The notes under the pieces: generated by a model
Told to the model about the DNA's origin: nothing
Database searches by the model: none
The model's input: the letters and a program-made list of their open reading frames with translations, nothing else
Shown here: positions 37,405 to 47,259 of the stretch, in pieces
Numbering within the stretch: the first letter of the stretch is position 1
Layout of the letters: the number at the start of each line of letters is the position of its first letter
Assembly: GCA_030649735.1 (NCBI GenBank)
Contig: JAUSFL010000008.1
Coordinates: forward strand, 1 to 64,000
Length of the DNA stretch: 64,000 bases
Direction of reading: 5' to 3'
DNA from: Candidatus Iainarchaeum sp.
Lineage (GTDB): Archaea > Iainarchaeota > Iainarchaeia > Iainarchaeales > UBA10191
Position numbers and translations under genes: made by a program

Positions 37405-38006
37405 TACTTTTCACCTTCTGCTTTTTCTTCAATTACTTTTTCTATAGCTTCTTCAGTCGCTGCTGATTCTTCAAAGTCTTTCTTCAAGTCTTTTTTTCCT
37501 TTCTTTTCCTGTTCTGGAGTCAATAGCTTCATTGGCTCTTTATAGTATGCCACTGTTGATTCCAGGTCTTTTGGAATGATGTATCCCGGAGTTGAGGCCT
37601 TTTTTCCGTTGACTGAAATTTTGCCGTGCGTTATGAATTGCCTGGCTTGCTTTGCAGTCAGTGAAAGGTTTTTCCTCATGACTATTGTCTGCAGCCTTCT
37701 TTCAAGCAAGGATTCAATCTTTAATCCCAGAATGTCATCGATTGTCGCGTTTGTTTTCAAAAGCCCTATTCTTGCAAGGCTGTTGATTAATTCTTTTTCG
37801 CGCTTTGCCCTTTCTTCAATGCTTAATGCCAGCATTTTCCTGGCATTCTGCCTCTTTTGGCGCAAAAATGTTTCTGCCTTCCAGATTTCACGCATGTTTT
37901 TCAGGCCGTAAGTGGCTTTTAATTTTCTGTCTTTCCCAAGCCTTTCCAAGTCCCAGACTTTTCTTGGCTTTTCGAAAGTTTTTCTTCTCTTTTTAGGGTC
38001 TCCCAT
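37404..38006 (-). CDS. rps4: 30S ribosomal protein uS4
   Basis: MGDPK, YGLKN, LERRLQT. Confidence 0.97.
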   Translation of the reverse strand: MGDPKKRRKTFEKPRKVWDLERLGKDRKLKATYGLKNMREIWKAETFLRQKRQNARKMLALSIEERAKREKELINSLARIGLLKTNATIDDILGLKIESLLERRLQTIVMRKNLSLTAKQARQFITHGKISVNGKKASTPGYIIPKDLESTVAYYKEPMKLLTPEQEKKGKKDLKKDFEESAATEEAIEKVIEEKAEGEK

Positions 38007-38021
38007 TCAAATTACACCTTT

Positions 38022-38546
38022 TTATTTTTTCTTCTCTTCTTTTGCGCCTGCTGCCGGCTTGGCTGGGCCTGCCGCGGTTTTTGCGTCTTTCTTCATTACT
38101 CCGACAGTTGCTCCGCGCTTTCTGAAAGAGCTTCTGGTTCTTTGTCCCCTGACTGGAAGCCCGTACATGTGCCTTACTCCGCGGTATGATTTTATGCGTT
38201 TCATTCTTTCAAGGTCTTTTCTCAAGTCAAAGTCGAGGTCAACCATTACGTGATGAATGTCAGTTCCTGTTTCAATGTCTTTTTGGCGGTTGAATGTCCA
38301 TTTTGGAATCCCGAATTTTTGCGGGCTTTGTATGATTTCTTCAAGCTTTGAGTCCATGTTTTCCTGCAGGTTTCCCAATTGCATGTCAAATGGCACTTTG
38401 GTGTTTTTTTCGAAAACATATGCTATGCTTCTTGCCATCCTGTGGCTTATTCCCTTTATTTTCATCAAGGCCCTGTAGATTGGAAGCCTTCCGTCAAGGT
38501 CTTTGTTGACTATTCTTACAATCAGCCTTAGTTCCTGCTCTTGCAT
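38022..38546 (-). CDS. rps13: 30S ribosomal protein uS13
   Basis: SYRGVRH..GLPVRGQRTRS. Confidence 0.97.
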   Translation of the reverse strand: MQEQELRLIVRIVNKDLDGRLPIYRALMKIKGISHRMARSIAYVFEKNTKVPFDMQLGNLQENMDSKLEEIIQSPQKFGIPKWTFNRQKDIETGTDIHHVMVDLDFDLRKDLERMKRIKSYRGVRHMYGLPVRGQRTRSSFRKRGATVGVMKKDAKTAAGPAKPAAGAKEEKKK

Positions 38547-38547
38547 T

Positions 38548-38775
38548 TTACATTCCTTCCTTTAGTGCTTTTGTTATTTCTTCCCTTGAAGCATTCCTCA
38601 ACTCAACTTTGGATGCCGTGGGAAACAAGTGCCTTGCGTTGCATTTTTTCTTTTTGACTGTTATGCCTTCAATTGTCGGCTGTCCTTTTGCATCGACTTG
38701 TATGACTATTACTTTTTGGCCTGCATTGCGGCCTGTCCTTAAAACGCAAATTCTTCCTTCTTCAATCAATGCCAT
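38548..38775 (-). CDS. rpl14e: 50S ribosomal protein eL14
   Basis: IEEGRICV..GRNAG, CNARHL. Confidence 0.92.
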   Translation of the reverse strand: MALIEEGRICVLRTGRNAGQKVIVIQVDAKGQPTIEGITVKKKKCNARHLFPTASKVELRNASREEITKALKEGM

Positions 38776-38789
38776 AATTTCACCGTTTT

Positions 38790-39260
38790 TTATTTTTGGA
38801 TTTTTTCAAGGAATTTTTCAATGAGGTTTATTGTTGAATTTTCGTCAAGCCTGTCAATGTTCAGCATCAGGTCCAGCTCTTCTGGAACAAATGCTTCTGT
38901 CCCAAAGATTGTCTTGGCGCTTTTTTCAAGGCTTTGCTGTTCTTCTTCAATCAGTTCCAGCGCTGAAGCGACAGGGATTTTTTCAAGCTCTGCAATGCTT
39001 TTTGCGCGGCTTCTTTTGGCGGAGTTCAAGAACACTTTGACTGATTTTTGAACCTGCTTTCCTGCAATCATGCTGTCTGTGACGAATTTTCCTTTTTTTT
39101 CCTCCTCTTGGATCCTTTGCTTTAATTCTTCCCATCCTTTTTCTTTCATTATTTTTTCAGCGTCTTCCTTTCCAAAATGCCTCAGCCCAAACCTTAATGC
39201 AATTGTCTTGCACAATTTTTTGGTCTGTGTGCCTGGAAATGCTGTTATGATAAGAATCAT
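38790..39260 (-). CDS. cytidylate-kinase-like protein with degenerate P-loop
   Basis: Occupies the cmk position between eL34 and eL14; IITAFPGTQTKK replaces Walker A. Confidence 0.7.
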   Translation of the reverse strand: MILIITAFPGTQTKKLCKTIALRFGLRHFGKEDAEKIMKEKGWEELKQRIQEEEKKGKFVTDSMIAGKQVQKSVKVFLNSAKRSRAKSIAELEKIPVASALELIEEEQQSLEKSAKTIFGTEAFVPEELDLMLNIDRLDENSTINLIEKFLEKIQK

Positions 39261-39275
39261 TTCAAACCTCGGTTT

Positions 39276-39611
39276 TCACTTCATTTTCTTCATTGTCTGG
39301 TTCACGAATTTTTTGAGGCTTAAGTCAACGTTTTGGATGTTTTTTGAGTTTTGCTTTACCATTATTGCCTCGTCAATGACTTTGCGCCTGCATCTAGAGC
39401 AGAGCTTTCCGCCGAAAATCGCGCTTGGCCTTTTTTCTGTCTTGCTCATGGCTGCGAGCATTGCCTTGCTTTTTCCGTGCGGCACTCCATGCAATTGCTT
39501 CTTGCATAGGATGCATGTCCTTTTTTTTGTTTTCTTGACTTGCTGGCCGACTCGCACCTTTCCTGAAATTGTCCGAAAGAACTTTTTTCTCTTCATTTTT
39601 GCGCTTGCCAT
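39276..39611 (-). CDS. rpl34e: 50S ribosomal protein eL34
   Basis: CILC..LHGVP, KRP..FGGKLC. Confidence 0.93.
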   Translation of the reverse strand: MASAKMKRKKFFRTISGKVRVGQQVKKTKKRTCILCKKQLHGVPHGKSKAMLAAMSKTEKRPSAIFGGKLCSRCRRKVIDEAIMVKQNSKNIQNVDLSLKKFVNQTMKKMK

Positions 39612-39612
39612 T

Positions 39613-40080
39613 TCAAATCATTCCTTTTTCTTCCAATTTTCCTATAATAAAATTCAATGCCAGTGAAATAATTGCTCCTGAAACAAAGTATAGCTTTAAC
39701 CAGCCCCATTTTGCGCCGAGCAGTGGAATGTCCCAAGGCAAATGGACCAAGTAACCTGAATCTCCGTAATAAATCCTTATTAGCGTGAATGGCGGCAAGA
39801 ATATTATCAGGCTGATAATCATTTGTTTCGGAAGGTTTTTGAACTGTTCTCCCATGTCCGCCATTACCTGCTTTTGCAGTTCTTCGGCTTCTTTTTTCGA
39901 GTGTTCATCGCCTTTTTTCATCAGCTCCATTGCTTTCTTGTTTTTTTCCTGAATGCTCCTTTGCAATTGCCTTGTTTTTTTCCAGTTGAGGAATTTTATC
40001 TGCACAATGATTGAAACTGCCCCTAATATTGCCGCAAACATGATTATGTCAATTGTTGGGCTGATTATTTGAAAGCTCAA
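39613..40080 (-). CDS. EMC3/TMCO1 (DUF106) membrane protein
   Basis: TM, coiled coil, two TM helices; follows secY. Confidence 0.88.
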   Translation of the reverse strand: MSFQIISPTIDIIMFAAILGAVSIIVQIKFLNWKKTRQLQRSIQEKNKKAMELMKKGDEHSKKEAEELQKQVMADMGEQFKNLPKQMIISLIIFLPPFTLIRIYYGDSGYLVHLPWDIPLLGAKWGWLKLYFVSGAIISLALNFIIGKLEEKGMI

Positions 40081-40093
40081 TCATTCACCTTTT

Positions 40094-41473
40094 TTATTTC
40101 CCCAAAAATCCCCGCAATAGAGGGTTCATTTCTGCAACCTGCTCTTTTGCTACTTCTTCGTAAAGCCTGTAAACTATTCCGACAGTGAGCAGTATTCCGG
40201 TTCCTGAAACCAGCGCTCCGGTAATTATGTCCGCAAAGCCTGCAAGAAGCCCGACAATTATTGATCCTAGTATTGTAATTGGGGGAATGTACCTGTTCAG
40301 TACTCCTTCAATGATTCTTGGATCGCGCCGAAATCCAGGAATGTACATTCCTGACTTTTGCAATTGGTTGGAAACATTTTCAGTGCTTTGGCCGCCGAGT
40401 TCCACCCAGAATTTTCCAAAAATAACGCATAGTACGACCAGCACTGAAATAAACACTGCGGCGTGCAATACTTCAAACAGCACTTTTTGGCTTGGCCCTA
40501 AAATGAGCAGTGCTTCAAGAATGCTGTAGCTGTCAACGCGCGGCACGCTAGTCATCCAGCTAATGCCGCCCACAATTGTCCCAAGTATTCCTGCCTTTAT
40601 GATTGATGCCATTATTTGAATGTTTGCAAAGAGAGCGCCGGCTAGGATGACTGGCATATTGCTTACGTAAAGCAGTTTCACTGGATACCTGCCCCCAAAT
40701 CCCTTGGGGCCCATGGCTATTGGAATGTTAACGTGCATTCCTTCCGCGAAAGTGACTGCAACAAATATTAGTATTGCAAACACTATGGGAATTATCAGCG
40801 TCAATGCAATAATGACTTTTCCTGAAACAATGTTTTCGAAAATTTGCCAAAGCATTGCCCTTGCTCCCGGAATTGGCGGAGAGAACACTTGCCAGAAGAA
40901 TCCTTGCGCGACTCCTGCCGCAATGAACAGGCCGACTCCGGACCCTATTCCGTACTTGCTTACTATTTCATCCATGTACATTACAATGATTGCGCCAATC
41001 ACGATTTGCGCGAAAACTATCAAAAACATGCCGTCGTTTGGGGTTATGAGGCTTGGAACTATTCCAAATCCAGTGTATGCTCCTGCTTCAAAGAATGCGA
41101 CAACAATTGTCAATACTTTTTGAATGCTTGAAAATTTTGCCCTTTGCTTTGGGTCTGTCAAGTCCATTTTGACAAAGCCGCCGCCGACAAGCAATTGCAA
41201 AACAATTGACGCAAGCACTATTGGCCCAATTCCCAAAGTCATTATTGTTCCCATATGGCTTGCGAGCAGGTCTTGGTAGATTCGCAGCTGCTCGAAGCTT
41301 CCTGACTGTATTCCGATGACTGGGATTGCCCCTAAAATGTAAAACAAAACCAGGATTGCGGCTGTCCAAAGAAGCCTTTTCTTGAAGCTTTGCTTTTGCT
41401 CTGGAGTCTTGACTTCTGGAATGAATCTTGAAAGAGATTCTATTGCGTCCAAAATTCCCATTCTATTGCTCAC
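40094..41473 (-). CDS. secY: preprotein translocase SecY
   Basis: LGIGPIV, GIGSGVGLFI, IPGFRRDP, SGTGILL. Confidence 0.98.
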   Translation of the reverse strand: MSNRMGILDAIESLSRFIPEVKTPEQKQSFKKRLLWTAAILVLFYILGAIPVIGIQSGSFEQLRIYQDLLASHMGTIMTLGIGPIVLASIVLQLLVGGGFVKMDLTDPKQRAKFSSIQKVLTIVVAFFEAGAYTGFGIVPSLITPNDGMFLIVFAQIVIGAIIVMYMDEIVSKYGIGSGVGLFIAAGVAQGFFWQVFSPPIPGARAMLWQIFENIVSGKVIIALTLIIPIVFAILIFVAVTFAEGMHVNIPIAMGPKGFGGRYPVKLLYVSNMPVILAGALFANIQIMASIIKAGILGTIVGGISWMTSVPRVDSYSILEALLILGPSQKVLFEVLHAAVFISVLVVLCVIFGKFWVELGGQSTENVSNQLQKSGMYIPGFRRDPRIIEGVLNRYIPPITILGSIIVGLLAGFADIITGALVSGTGILLTVGIVYRLYEEVAKEQVAEMNPLLRGFLGK

Positions 41474-41915
41474 CCTTGCTTTGTGCTTTGGCTTTTTTTA
41501 ATTCAATGCTTCCGCCAGCGTGCTTTATGCTTTCAGCTGCGTTTTCAGTGGCCTTGATATTTTTCAAAACCAGTTTCTCTTTTAACTCTTTGTTTCCGAA
41601 AACTCTTGCAATTCTTGCTGTTTTTCCGTCAATTATGATTTTTCCATCCTCTCTTTTGGCTTTTTTCTTCAGGATCAATTGCTCAAGCCTGCTTTCCAGG
41701 TCTTCAAGGCTTATTGCCTTTCCAAAAAATTTTTTGGACTTTAATTTTACCTTGTTTCCAAAATGGTCAAGAAAGCTGGAGTACTTGTGCTTGTGGCCGC
41801 CTGCGTTTCCAGTGCCGCCCCTGCATCCGGCTCCGCGCCTGTTTTTTGTGTTGCCGCCGCCGTGCGTCCTGTTTCCGCGCATTTTGTTTTTTTTCTTTCT
41901 ATGCCTTACAACCAT
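41463..41915 (-). CDS. rpl15: 50S ribosomal protein uL15
   Basis: RGNRTHGGG..RGAG.RGG.GNAG. Confidence 0.96.
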   Translation of the reverse strand: MVVRHRKKKNKMRGNRTHGGGNTKNRRGAGCRGGTGNAGGHKHKYSSFLDHFGNKVKLKSKKFFGKAISLEDLESRLEQLILKKKAKREDGKIIIDGKTARIARVFGNKELKEKLVLKNIKATENAAESIKHAGGSIELKKAKAQSKGEQ

Positions 41916-41931
41916 TTCAAACCACTTTCTT

Positions 41932-42393
41932 TTACATCATTCTTTCAATAAGCTCGTTTATTTTTTCTTTGCGGTTCCCAAGCGCGCCGCCGACAGTGAA
42001 TGGCTTTTTGATTCCTTGCCTTTCAAAGCCTTTTTTTGGAGGCGCCAATCTAAACACTGGCTTTATTTCAAGCTTTCTCAAGTTGGCTTTTCCCGCAATC
42101 AATTCTTTCGCCAATGCGTCAAAGCCAGAGATTTTTTTGCCTTTCAAGAACTCTAAAGTCAATCGCTTGTTGCCTGCAATTCTTCCGCGCTTTTCCAAAA
42201 GCTTTGCGAGAGTTTTTTCGTTGATTTGCCCGAAAGTCGAATAATCCTGCACTTTTTGGATCATTCCTTTTGTCGAGTCGTTTTCTGGAAGCAGAACTGC
42301 CTGGTTGCATACTTTAAGGTTGAGCATTCTGAAAGTGTCCTTGATGTCCCATTTGACGTCAATGCTTCCCCTGATTCTTACAAGCGCAATCAT
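41932..42393 (-). CDS. rpl30: 50S ribosomal protein uL30
   Basis: VRIRG, FRLAPPKKG, INELIERM. Confidence 0.96.
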   Translation of the reverse strand: MIALVRIRGSIDVKWDIKDTFRMLNLKVCNQAVLLPENDSTKGMIQKVQDYSTFGQINEKTLAKLLEKRGRIAGNKRLTLEFLKGKKISGFDALAKELIAGKANLRKLEIKPVFRLAPPKKGFERQGIKKPFTVGGALGNRKEKINELIERMM

Positions 42394-43136
42394 TGCATTT
42401 CCCTCTTTTCAAGTTTTTGCCTTAGCTCGTCTGACACTTTCACATTGCTTGTGTTCCGTAAGGCGTCAACTGCTGCCTGTATGAAATTCAATTTTGTTCC
42501 AGTGCTTCCCCTGCTTTGGCACCAAACGTCAGTTACGCCGCCGAATTTTAAGACATCCTTGATGTTGTTTCCGCAGACTAGGCCTGTTCCTTTAGGCGCT
42601 GGAAGCAGTATTACTCTTACTGAAGCGCTTTTTCCCATTGTCTTGAATGGAATGCTGTGGTTTGTTGAGCAGCCGCATTCCCAGCTTCCGCAGCCTTTTT
42701 TGACTGTGATTAAATTCATTTTTGCGGCTGAAGTCGCTTTTTTTATTGCTGGCATTCTTTCCTTGTCTTTTGCAATTCCCAGTCCAACATGCCCGTAATG
42801 GTCTCCGACAAGCACTGATGCCCTGAAGCTGAAGCTTCTTCCTTGCCTTGTGACTCTTGTGGTTTTTCTGAATTCAACAAGCTTTTCCGCCAAGTCTGGA
42901 AGCAATGAATCAATGATTTCAGGCTCTAAAAGCGGGAGGTTTTTTTCCGCAAGCTGGTCAAAGCTTGTTATTTCATTCTTGATTATCATTCGTCCCAAGT
43001 CTGTTTTTGGAATCCAGTCTATCAAGGCCTTTTCTTTCCTTTGCTTTTCCCTGCTTTCCATGAATTCCTGCCTTTCGGCATTTTCCTGGGGGGTTCTTTT
43101 CCTTCTAGGGCTTCTTGCATTATTTCTTACAGGCAT
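42390..43136 (-). CDS. rps5: 30S ribosomal protein uS5
   Basis: WIPKTDLGR, GCGSWEC, PAPKGTGL. Confidence 0.97.
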   Translation of the reverse strand: MPVRNNARSPRRKRTPQENAERQEFMESREKQRKEKALIDWIPKTDLGRMIIKNEITSFDQLAEKNLPLLEPEIIDSLLPDLAEKLVEFRKTTRVTRQGRSFSFRASVLVGDHYGHVGLGIAKDKERMPAIKKATSAAKMNLITVKKGCGSWECGCSTNHSIPFKTMGKSASVRVILLPAPKGTGLVCGNNIKDVLKFGGVTDVWCQSRGSTGTKLNFIQAAVDALRNTSNVKVSDELRQKLEKREMQ

Positions 43137-43154
43137 TTAATTTTCACCATTCTT

Positions 43155-43736
43155 TCACTTGAATTTTTCCTCGATTGTTTTTTTTGCTTTTTCAAAGTAT
43201 TCAGGGATTTTTTTCGGGTCTTGCCCTGTTGAGTAGTATTTTGAGAATTGCTTTTTTGCATCTTCCGGGGAAAGTTTTCCCGCAAAGTCTGCAATGTGCT
43301 TTCCTGAAATCCTTTCAATTGGAGGAAATGCTTTTTCATTGGCTGGAATTTTCAATCCTGCATCTATTGCGCCTTTTAATGCCGCAAAGCATCTGCTTCC
43401 TTGAATCGTGCTTGTCAACCCAACGTCCAGTATTGCTTCCTTCACTCCGTTCTTAAGGCCTTTTTTTGCGCATAGGAATCCAGTCAAGTATGCTGCCGGA
43501 AGATTCGAGTTTGCCGCCTTCCAGCCGTACTCTTCAAGCTCTTTGGAAACCGCTGTAGCCAAAGTAATGTCTCCTTCTGGCTTGAATTCTATTAATTGCG
43601 CGGAATAATTCTTGTTGAAACCGCGAACAACAAGCCTTGTCTTCTTGCTTTTCAAAAGCTGCAGGCGCTTTGCAAAGTCTGTTTTTCCTTCCCTTCTTCG
43701 CCTGAATTTTGTCTCAAATGTTGTCTTGCTTGCCAT
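43155..43736 (-). CDS. rpl18: 50S ribosomal protein uL18
   Basis: RRRREGKTD, NLPAAYLTG. Confidence 0.97.
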   Translation of the reverse strand: MASKTTFETKFRRRREGKTDFAKRLQLLKSKKTRLVVRGFNKNYSAQLIEFKPEGDITLATAVSKELEEYGWKAANSNLPAAYLTGFLCAKKGLKNGVKEAILDVGLTSTIQGSRCFAALKGAIDAGLKIPANEKAFPPIERISGKHIADFAGKLSPEDAKKQFSKYYSTGQDPKKIPEYFEKAKKTIEEKFK

Positions 43737-43747
43737 TTTGCTTCACC

Positions 43748-44221
43748 TTAGTCTTCTTTAGCTTTTGCTGTTTTGCTTGTTGCTGTTCCTTTCACTGCTT
43801 CTTCAAGCTGTTTTCTTCCCTTGAAGTAATTTCCTTTGATAAGCTTGTAGAATTTCTTGTACTGCCCTTCAGGAATTTCGCCTTTGGCTTTTAACTCAGT
43901 GAGTTTTTTCCTCAAGGCACGCACTCTTTTAATCCATGATTCGCGGGTTTTCATTCTTGCCTTTTGGGTTCCTTTTCTTTTTCCCTTTCCTTTTTTCCTG
44001 CCTTTTCTTTTCTGCGCCTGCAAAATCCTTGCAGTTCCGCGGCTGTGGAAGTTTTCGTGCTTTTTCTTGATTGTTGCGCTTTTGATGAGTGCCTTGACGT
44101 CTTCTGTTGTAATTGCTTCCTTCACTTTTGCGCCTTGCGCTTGGTCAATCCATACTTTGGACTGCCCGCAATTCAGCAGTTTTGCCGCAATTCTTCTAAC
44201 GCTTTGTATTCTCACTTTCAT
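43748..44221 (-). CDS. rpl19e: 50S ribosomal protein eL19
   Basis: RIAAKLL.CG..KVWID, GKRKG..KAR. Confidence 0.96.
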   Translation of the reverse strand: MKVRIQSVRRIAAKLLNCGQSKVWIDQAQGAKVKEAITTEDVKALIKSATIKKKHENFHSRGTARILQAQKRKGRKKGKGKRKGTQKARMKTRESWIKRVRALRKKLTELKAKGEIPEGQYKKFYKLIKGNYFKGRKQLEEAVKGTATSKTAKAKED

Positions 44222-44225
44222 TCAC

Positions 44226-44912
44226 CTAATAATTCAAAACATGGATTCCCAAATTGTTTGCTTGCTTTACAATTTCCCTTCTTTTCTTCTGGCCCACTGT
44301 CCCCAAAATCCTGACTGCAGTGTTTTCTTTTTGCACGCCTGCCAATTGCTTTGGGTTTGCAACAAGCACTTCCTTGAATCCTGAAGGATGAATGCTTTTT
44401 GTCTCGGCGAGCGATCCATACCCTGGCCTTGGGCTTGCGCCGTTTTCTTTTTTTCTTTTAGTGTCAATTCCGCGAGGCTTTCTCCATTTGCCGAATTTTT
44501 CAATATTGTGCCTTCTGATGTTTTCGCAGCCGAATTTTCCCCTGAAGACTGGAAGCCTGTTTTTTTCCTTTATTTTGTCCCTTAGGCTTTTCACTGCATC
44601 GCTTTTTCTGACTTTCATCAAGGCTACTTTTTCCTTGGGCTTCTTTTTCTTGGCTTCTTTTTTTCCTGCTTCTGAGTCTTTCTTTGCAGTCAATTTTCCT
44701 GTTTTTACCGCTGGCTTTGCGGGCGCTTTTGCTTCAGCGTGCTTGTGGCCGACGGGATCTTGCTTTTCGCTTTGCGCGTGCTCGTGTTCCGCATGCTCGT
44801 GAACGTGACTGTGCAGTTCTTCATTGTGTTCGCGGCTGTGGCCTTCGTGCTCTTTTGGAACATGGTCTTTTTCCGCTTCTTTGTCAATGTGCTTTTTTTC
44901 AGTGGTTGCCAT
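44226..44912 (-). CDS. rpl32e: 50S ribosomal protein eL32 with long His/Glu/Lys-rich N-terminal extension
   Basis: WRKPRG, GYGS, HPSG, VLN. Confidence 0.93.
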   Translation of the reverse strand: MATTEKKHIDKEAEKDHVPKEHEGHSREHNEELHSHVHEHAEHEHAQSEKQDPVGHKHAEAKAPAKPAVKTGKLTAKKDSEAGKKEAKKKKPKEKVALMKVRKSDAVKSLRDKIKEKNRLPVFRGKFGCENIRRHNIEKFGKWRKPRGIDTKRKKENGASPRPGYGSLAETKSIHPSGFKEVLVANPKQLAGVQKENTAVRILGTVGQKKRREIVKQANNLGIHVLNY

Positions 44913-45442
44913 TATTTATCGCCTTTGCTTGTTATGAATATTCCGTCTTGGAAAACTCTTCTGTCCTTGTCTTTTAAGCGTGTCAATTGCTCAATGTTTG
45001 CCGCTGTCTGCCCGACTTCTTCCTTGCTTGTTCCTTTCACTGTAATGTCTTTTCCCTTGATTTCAACAGTTGTTTTTCCCACGATTTTTGCGGCCCTTGC
45101 TTTTTTGCTTCCTAAAAAATTCATTATTTCAACTGTGTTTTCTTTTTTTACGGCTGTTAGTGGAAAGTGCGCGTAAACTATTGCGAGCTTGTAAACGTAT
45201 TCTTTCTGGCTTCCTTCAATCATGTTGTTCAAGTGCGCTTCAATGGAGTTCATCAATTTTTTCTCTTTTTTTGAGTCTTTTTCAGCGCTGATTTTGATTT
45301 TGCTTCCTTCGGCTTTGAAGCTGATTCCCAGTGCCCTGAACTCTTTTGACACTTCGCCTTTTGGGCCTTTTACTGTGACCTTGTTTCCCTGAATGTGGGC
45401 TTGGGTTCCTTGAGGCAATTCAATTATTGATTCCATAAACAT
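44912..45442 (-). CDS. rpl6: 50S ribosomal protein uL6
   Basis: YAHFP, NFLG, DRRVFQDGI. Confidence 0.97.
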   Translation of the reverse strand: MFMESIIELPQGTQAHIQGNKVTVKGPKGEVSKEFRALGISFKAEGSKIKISAEKDSKKEKKLMNSIEAHLNNMIEGSQKEYVYKLAIVYAHFPLTAVKKENTVEIMNFLGSKKARAAKIVGKTTVEIKGKDITVKGTSKEEVGQTAANIEQLTRLKDKDRRVFQDGIFITSKGDK

Positions 45443-45460
45443 GCACTATTTTTTCTTTTT

Positions 45461-45856
45461 TCAGTAGACAAAGGCAAGTAGCCTTCCTCCGGTGTTTTGC
45501 TTTTTTGCTTCCCTGTGCGTTATTACTCCTTTTGGGGTTGTGACTATCAGGATTCCAATGTCCCTTGAAGGCAGGTATCTTTTCTCGAATTTTTCGAACT
45601 CTTCCTTTTTGACTGCGTAGCGTGGCTTTATTGCCTTGCATTCGTTGATTTTTCCTTCAAGCATTACTTTGACTTGCGCGTGGTTGTTTTGGTCTTTTGC
45701 TGGCTCAAATCCTTTAATGTAGCCTTGGTCTTTCATTACTTTTAAGACTGCATTGAGCAGTTTGCTGGCTGGCTTGAGCGTGCATTCTTTCTTTGCGGTC
45801 TTTTCCTGATTTTTCATGTTTATTAGCGCGTCTGCTAATGGATCTGACATTGTCAT
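45461..45856 (-). CDS. rps8: 30S ribosomal protein uS8
   Basis: [21 protein letters not shown]. Confidence 0.97.
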   Translation of the reverse strand: MTMSDPLADALINMKNQEKTAKKECTLKPASKLLNAVLKVMKDQGYIKGFEPAKDQNNHAQVKVMLEGKINECKAIKPRYAVKKEEFEKFEKRYLPSRDIGILIVTTPKGVITHREAKKQNTGGRLLAFVY

Positions 45857-45865
45857 TTTTTCACC

Positions 45866-46024
45866 TTAACTGTATTTTTTGAACCCCAATTGCTCTGCAA
45901 CGTCCTTGAAGCAACGCCTGCAAAGGTTAATTCCGTACTTGTGAATCATGCCCTTGTTGTTGTGGCAGATTTTGCAGTAAATGTGCTTTTTTGTCCTTTT
46001 TTTCTTTGGTCCTGTATTATTCAT
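45866..46024 (-). CDS. rps14: 30S ribosomal protein uS14 (absent from the ORF track)
   Basis: Manual translation MNNTGPKKKRTKKHIYCKICHNNKGMIHKYGINLCRRCFKDVAEQLGFKKYS. Confidence 0.95.
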   Translation of the reverse strand: MNNTGPKKKRTKKHIYCKICHNNKGMIHKYGINLCRRCFKDVAEQLGFKKYS

Positions 46025-46533
46025 GCTACTTCAACCCCGAAAGTTTGCCTTATGAATTCCATGGCTTCCTCTTTTTTCACAGCGTGCTTTGAGATTTTTT
46101 TTGTCTTGAACATTCTGCGTTTAATCCTGTATCCTGGCTTTTCCAAAGTGACTAGGACGTCAAATCCTTTCATTCCTAATTTTGGATCGTACTTTGCGCC
46201 TGGCAAGTCAATGTATTCCTTGATTCCAAAGCCAAAGTTGCCTAGCGCGTCAAAGCTTGCTGCCTTGAGCTTTTTTTCCTTTGCCGCGAATGCTGTTTTC
46301 AAGAATTCCAACGCCTTTTTTCCGCGGATTGTGACTTTCACTCCGATTGGAAGCCCTTCCCTGATTCCCCAAGTCGGCTGCTTTATTTTGCAGATTGTCT
46401 GGATTGGCTTTTTGCCAGTGATTCTTTTGAGTATTTCCTCTGCTTTTTTGAGCTCGTCGCCGGCCTGGCCTACTCCAATGTTGAGGGTGATTTTTTCAAC
46501 CCTGACGTTTTGCATTCTATTGGTCAACTTCAT
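46021..46533 (-). CDS. rpl5: 50S ribosomal protein uL5
   Basis: KITLNIGVG, GNFGFGI.EYID. Confidence 0.97.
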   Translation of the reverse strand: MKLTNRMQNVRVEKITLNIGVGQAGDELKKAEEILKRITGKKPIQTICKIKQPTWGIREGLPIGVKVTIRGKKALEFLKTAFAAKEKKLKAASFDALGNFGFGIKEYIDLPGAKYDPKLGMKGFDVLVTLEKPGYRIKRRMFKTKKISKHAVKKEEAMEFIRQTFGVEVA

Positions 46534-47255
46534 TCACCTTTGAAAACTTCAATTTCCGCTTTTTCCTTTCCAATGACCAGGATGTTTTTTTCAGTTGTCT
46601 GGAATTCTTCGCTTCCGGAATTCAACTGCAAAATGCGCTCTTTTGTCAATGTGCCCGGAATTATTTCCGCGACTTTTGCTGTTTTTCCAACGTGCTTTCC
46701 TGCAATTAGCAGCACTGTGCTTCCTTCCTGTAGTTTGAGCTCTTGAATTATCTTGTTTTCTGGCACTTGCGTCTTGACGCTGTCGCCTGGCTTCAAGTCT
46801 GTTTTTGCAAGAATGAAGTTTCTTCCGTCACTGCTTGAAAGCATTATTTTTCCGCCTTTCATTGCCTTTTTTGACATGATTCTTGCAATCTTGAAGTTTT
46901 TTCCTGCGGGAAGCTCGCGAATTACAAGCCTTCCATTAGTGTCTATAAGAACCCTGAATGATTTTTTCAATTCTTTAATCTCAATAATGTCAAACAGCCC
47001 GATTGGAAAATTTCTTTCTTTCCTTACAATTCCGTCAACTTCAATTTGGCTGTTGTTGAGCAGGAATTTGATTTCTTTCGTGTTTTTGACAATTTTCATT
47101 ATGTCCCTTAGCGCAAACCCTAAAGGGACGCTTAATTTTTTCGCGTGAGTTCCCGGCCTGTAGGCTATTGTCCAGTTTTTTGTCTTGCGCGGCATGAAGT
47201 GCGATTTTGGGGCGCTTAGTGTCTTTTGCTGTTTTGAACCTTGCTTTTTTGCCAT
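46530..47255 (-). CDS. rps4e: 30S ribosomal protein eS4
   Basis: PGTH, VDGIVR, PIGLFD, AGKHVG. Confidence 0.95.
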   Translation of the reverse strand: MAKKQGSKQQKTLSAPKSHFMPRKTKNWTIAYRPGTHAKKLSVPLGFALRDIMKIVKNTKEIKFLLNNSQIEVDGIVRKERNFPIGLFDIIEIKELKKSFRVLIDTNGRLVIRELPAGKNFKIARIMSKKAMKGGKIMLSSSDGRNFILAKTDLKPGDSVKTQVPENKIIQELKLQEGSTVLLIAGKHVGKTAKVAEIIPGTLTKERILQLNSGSEEFQTTEKNILVIGKEKAEIEVFKGE

Positions 47256-47259
47256 TTTC

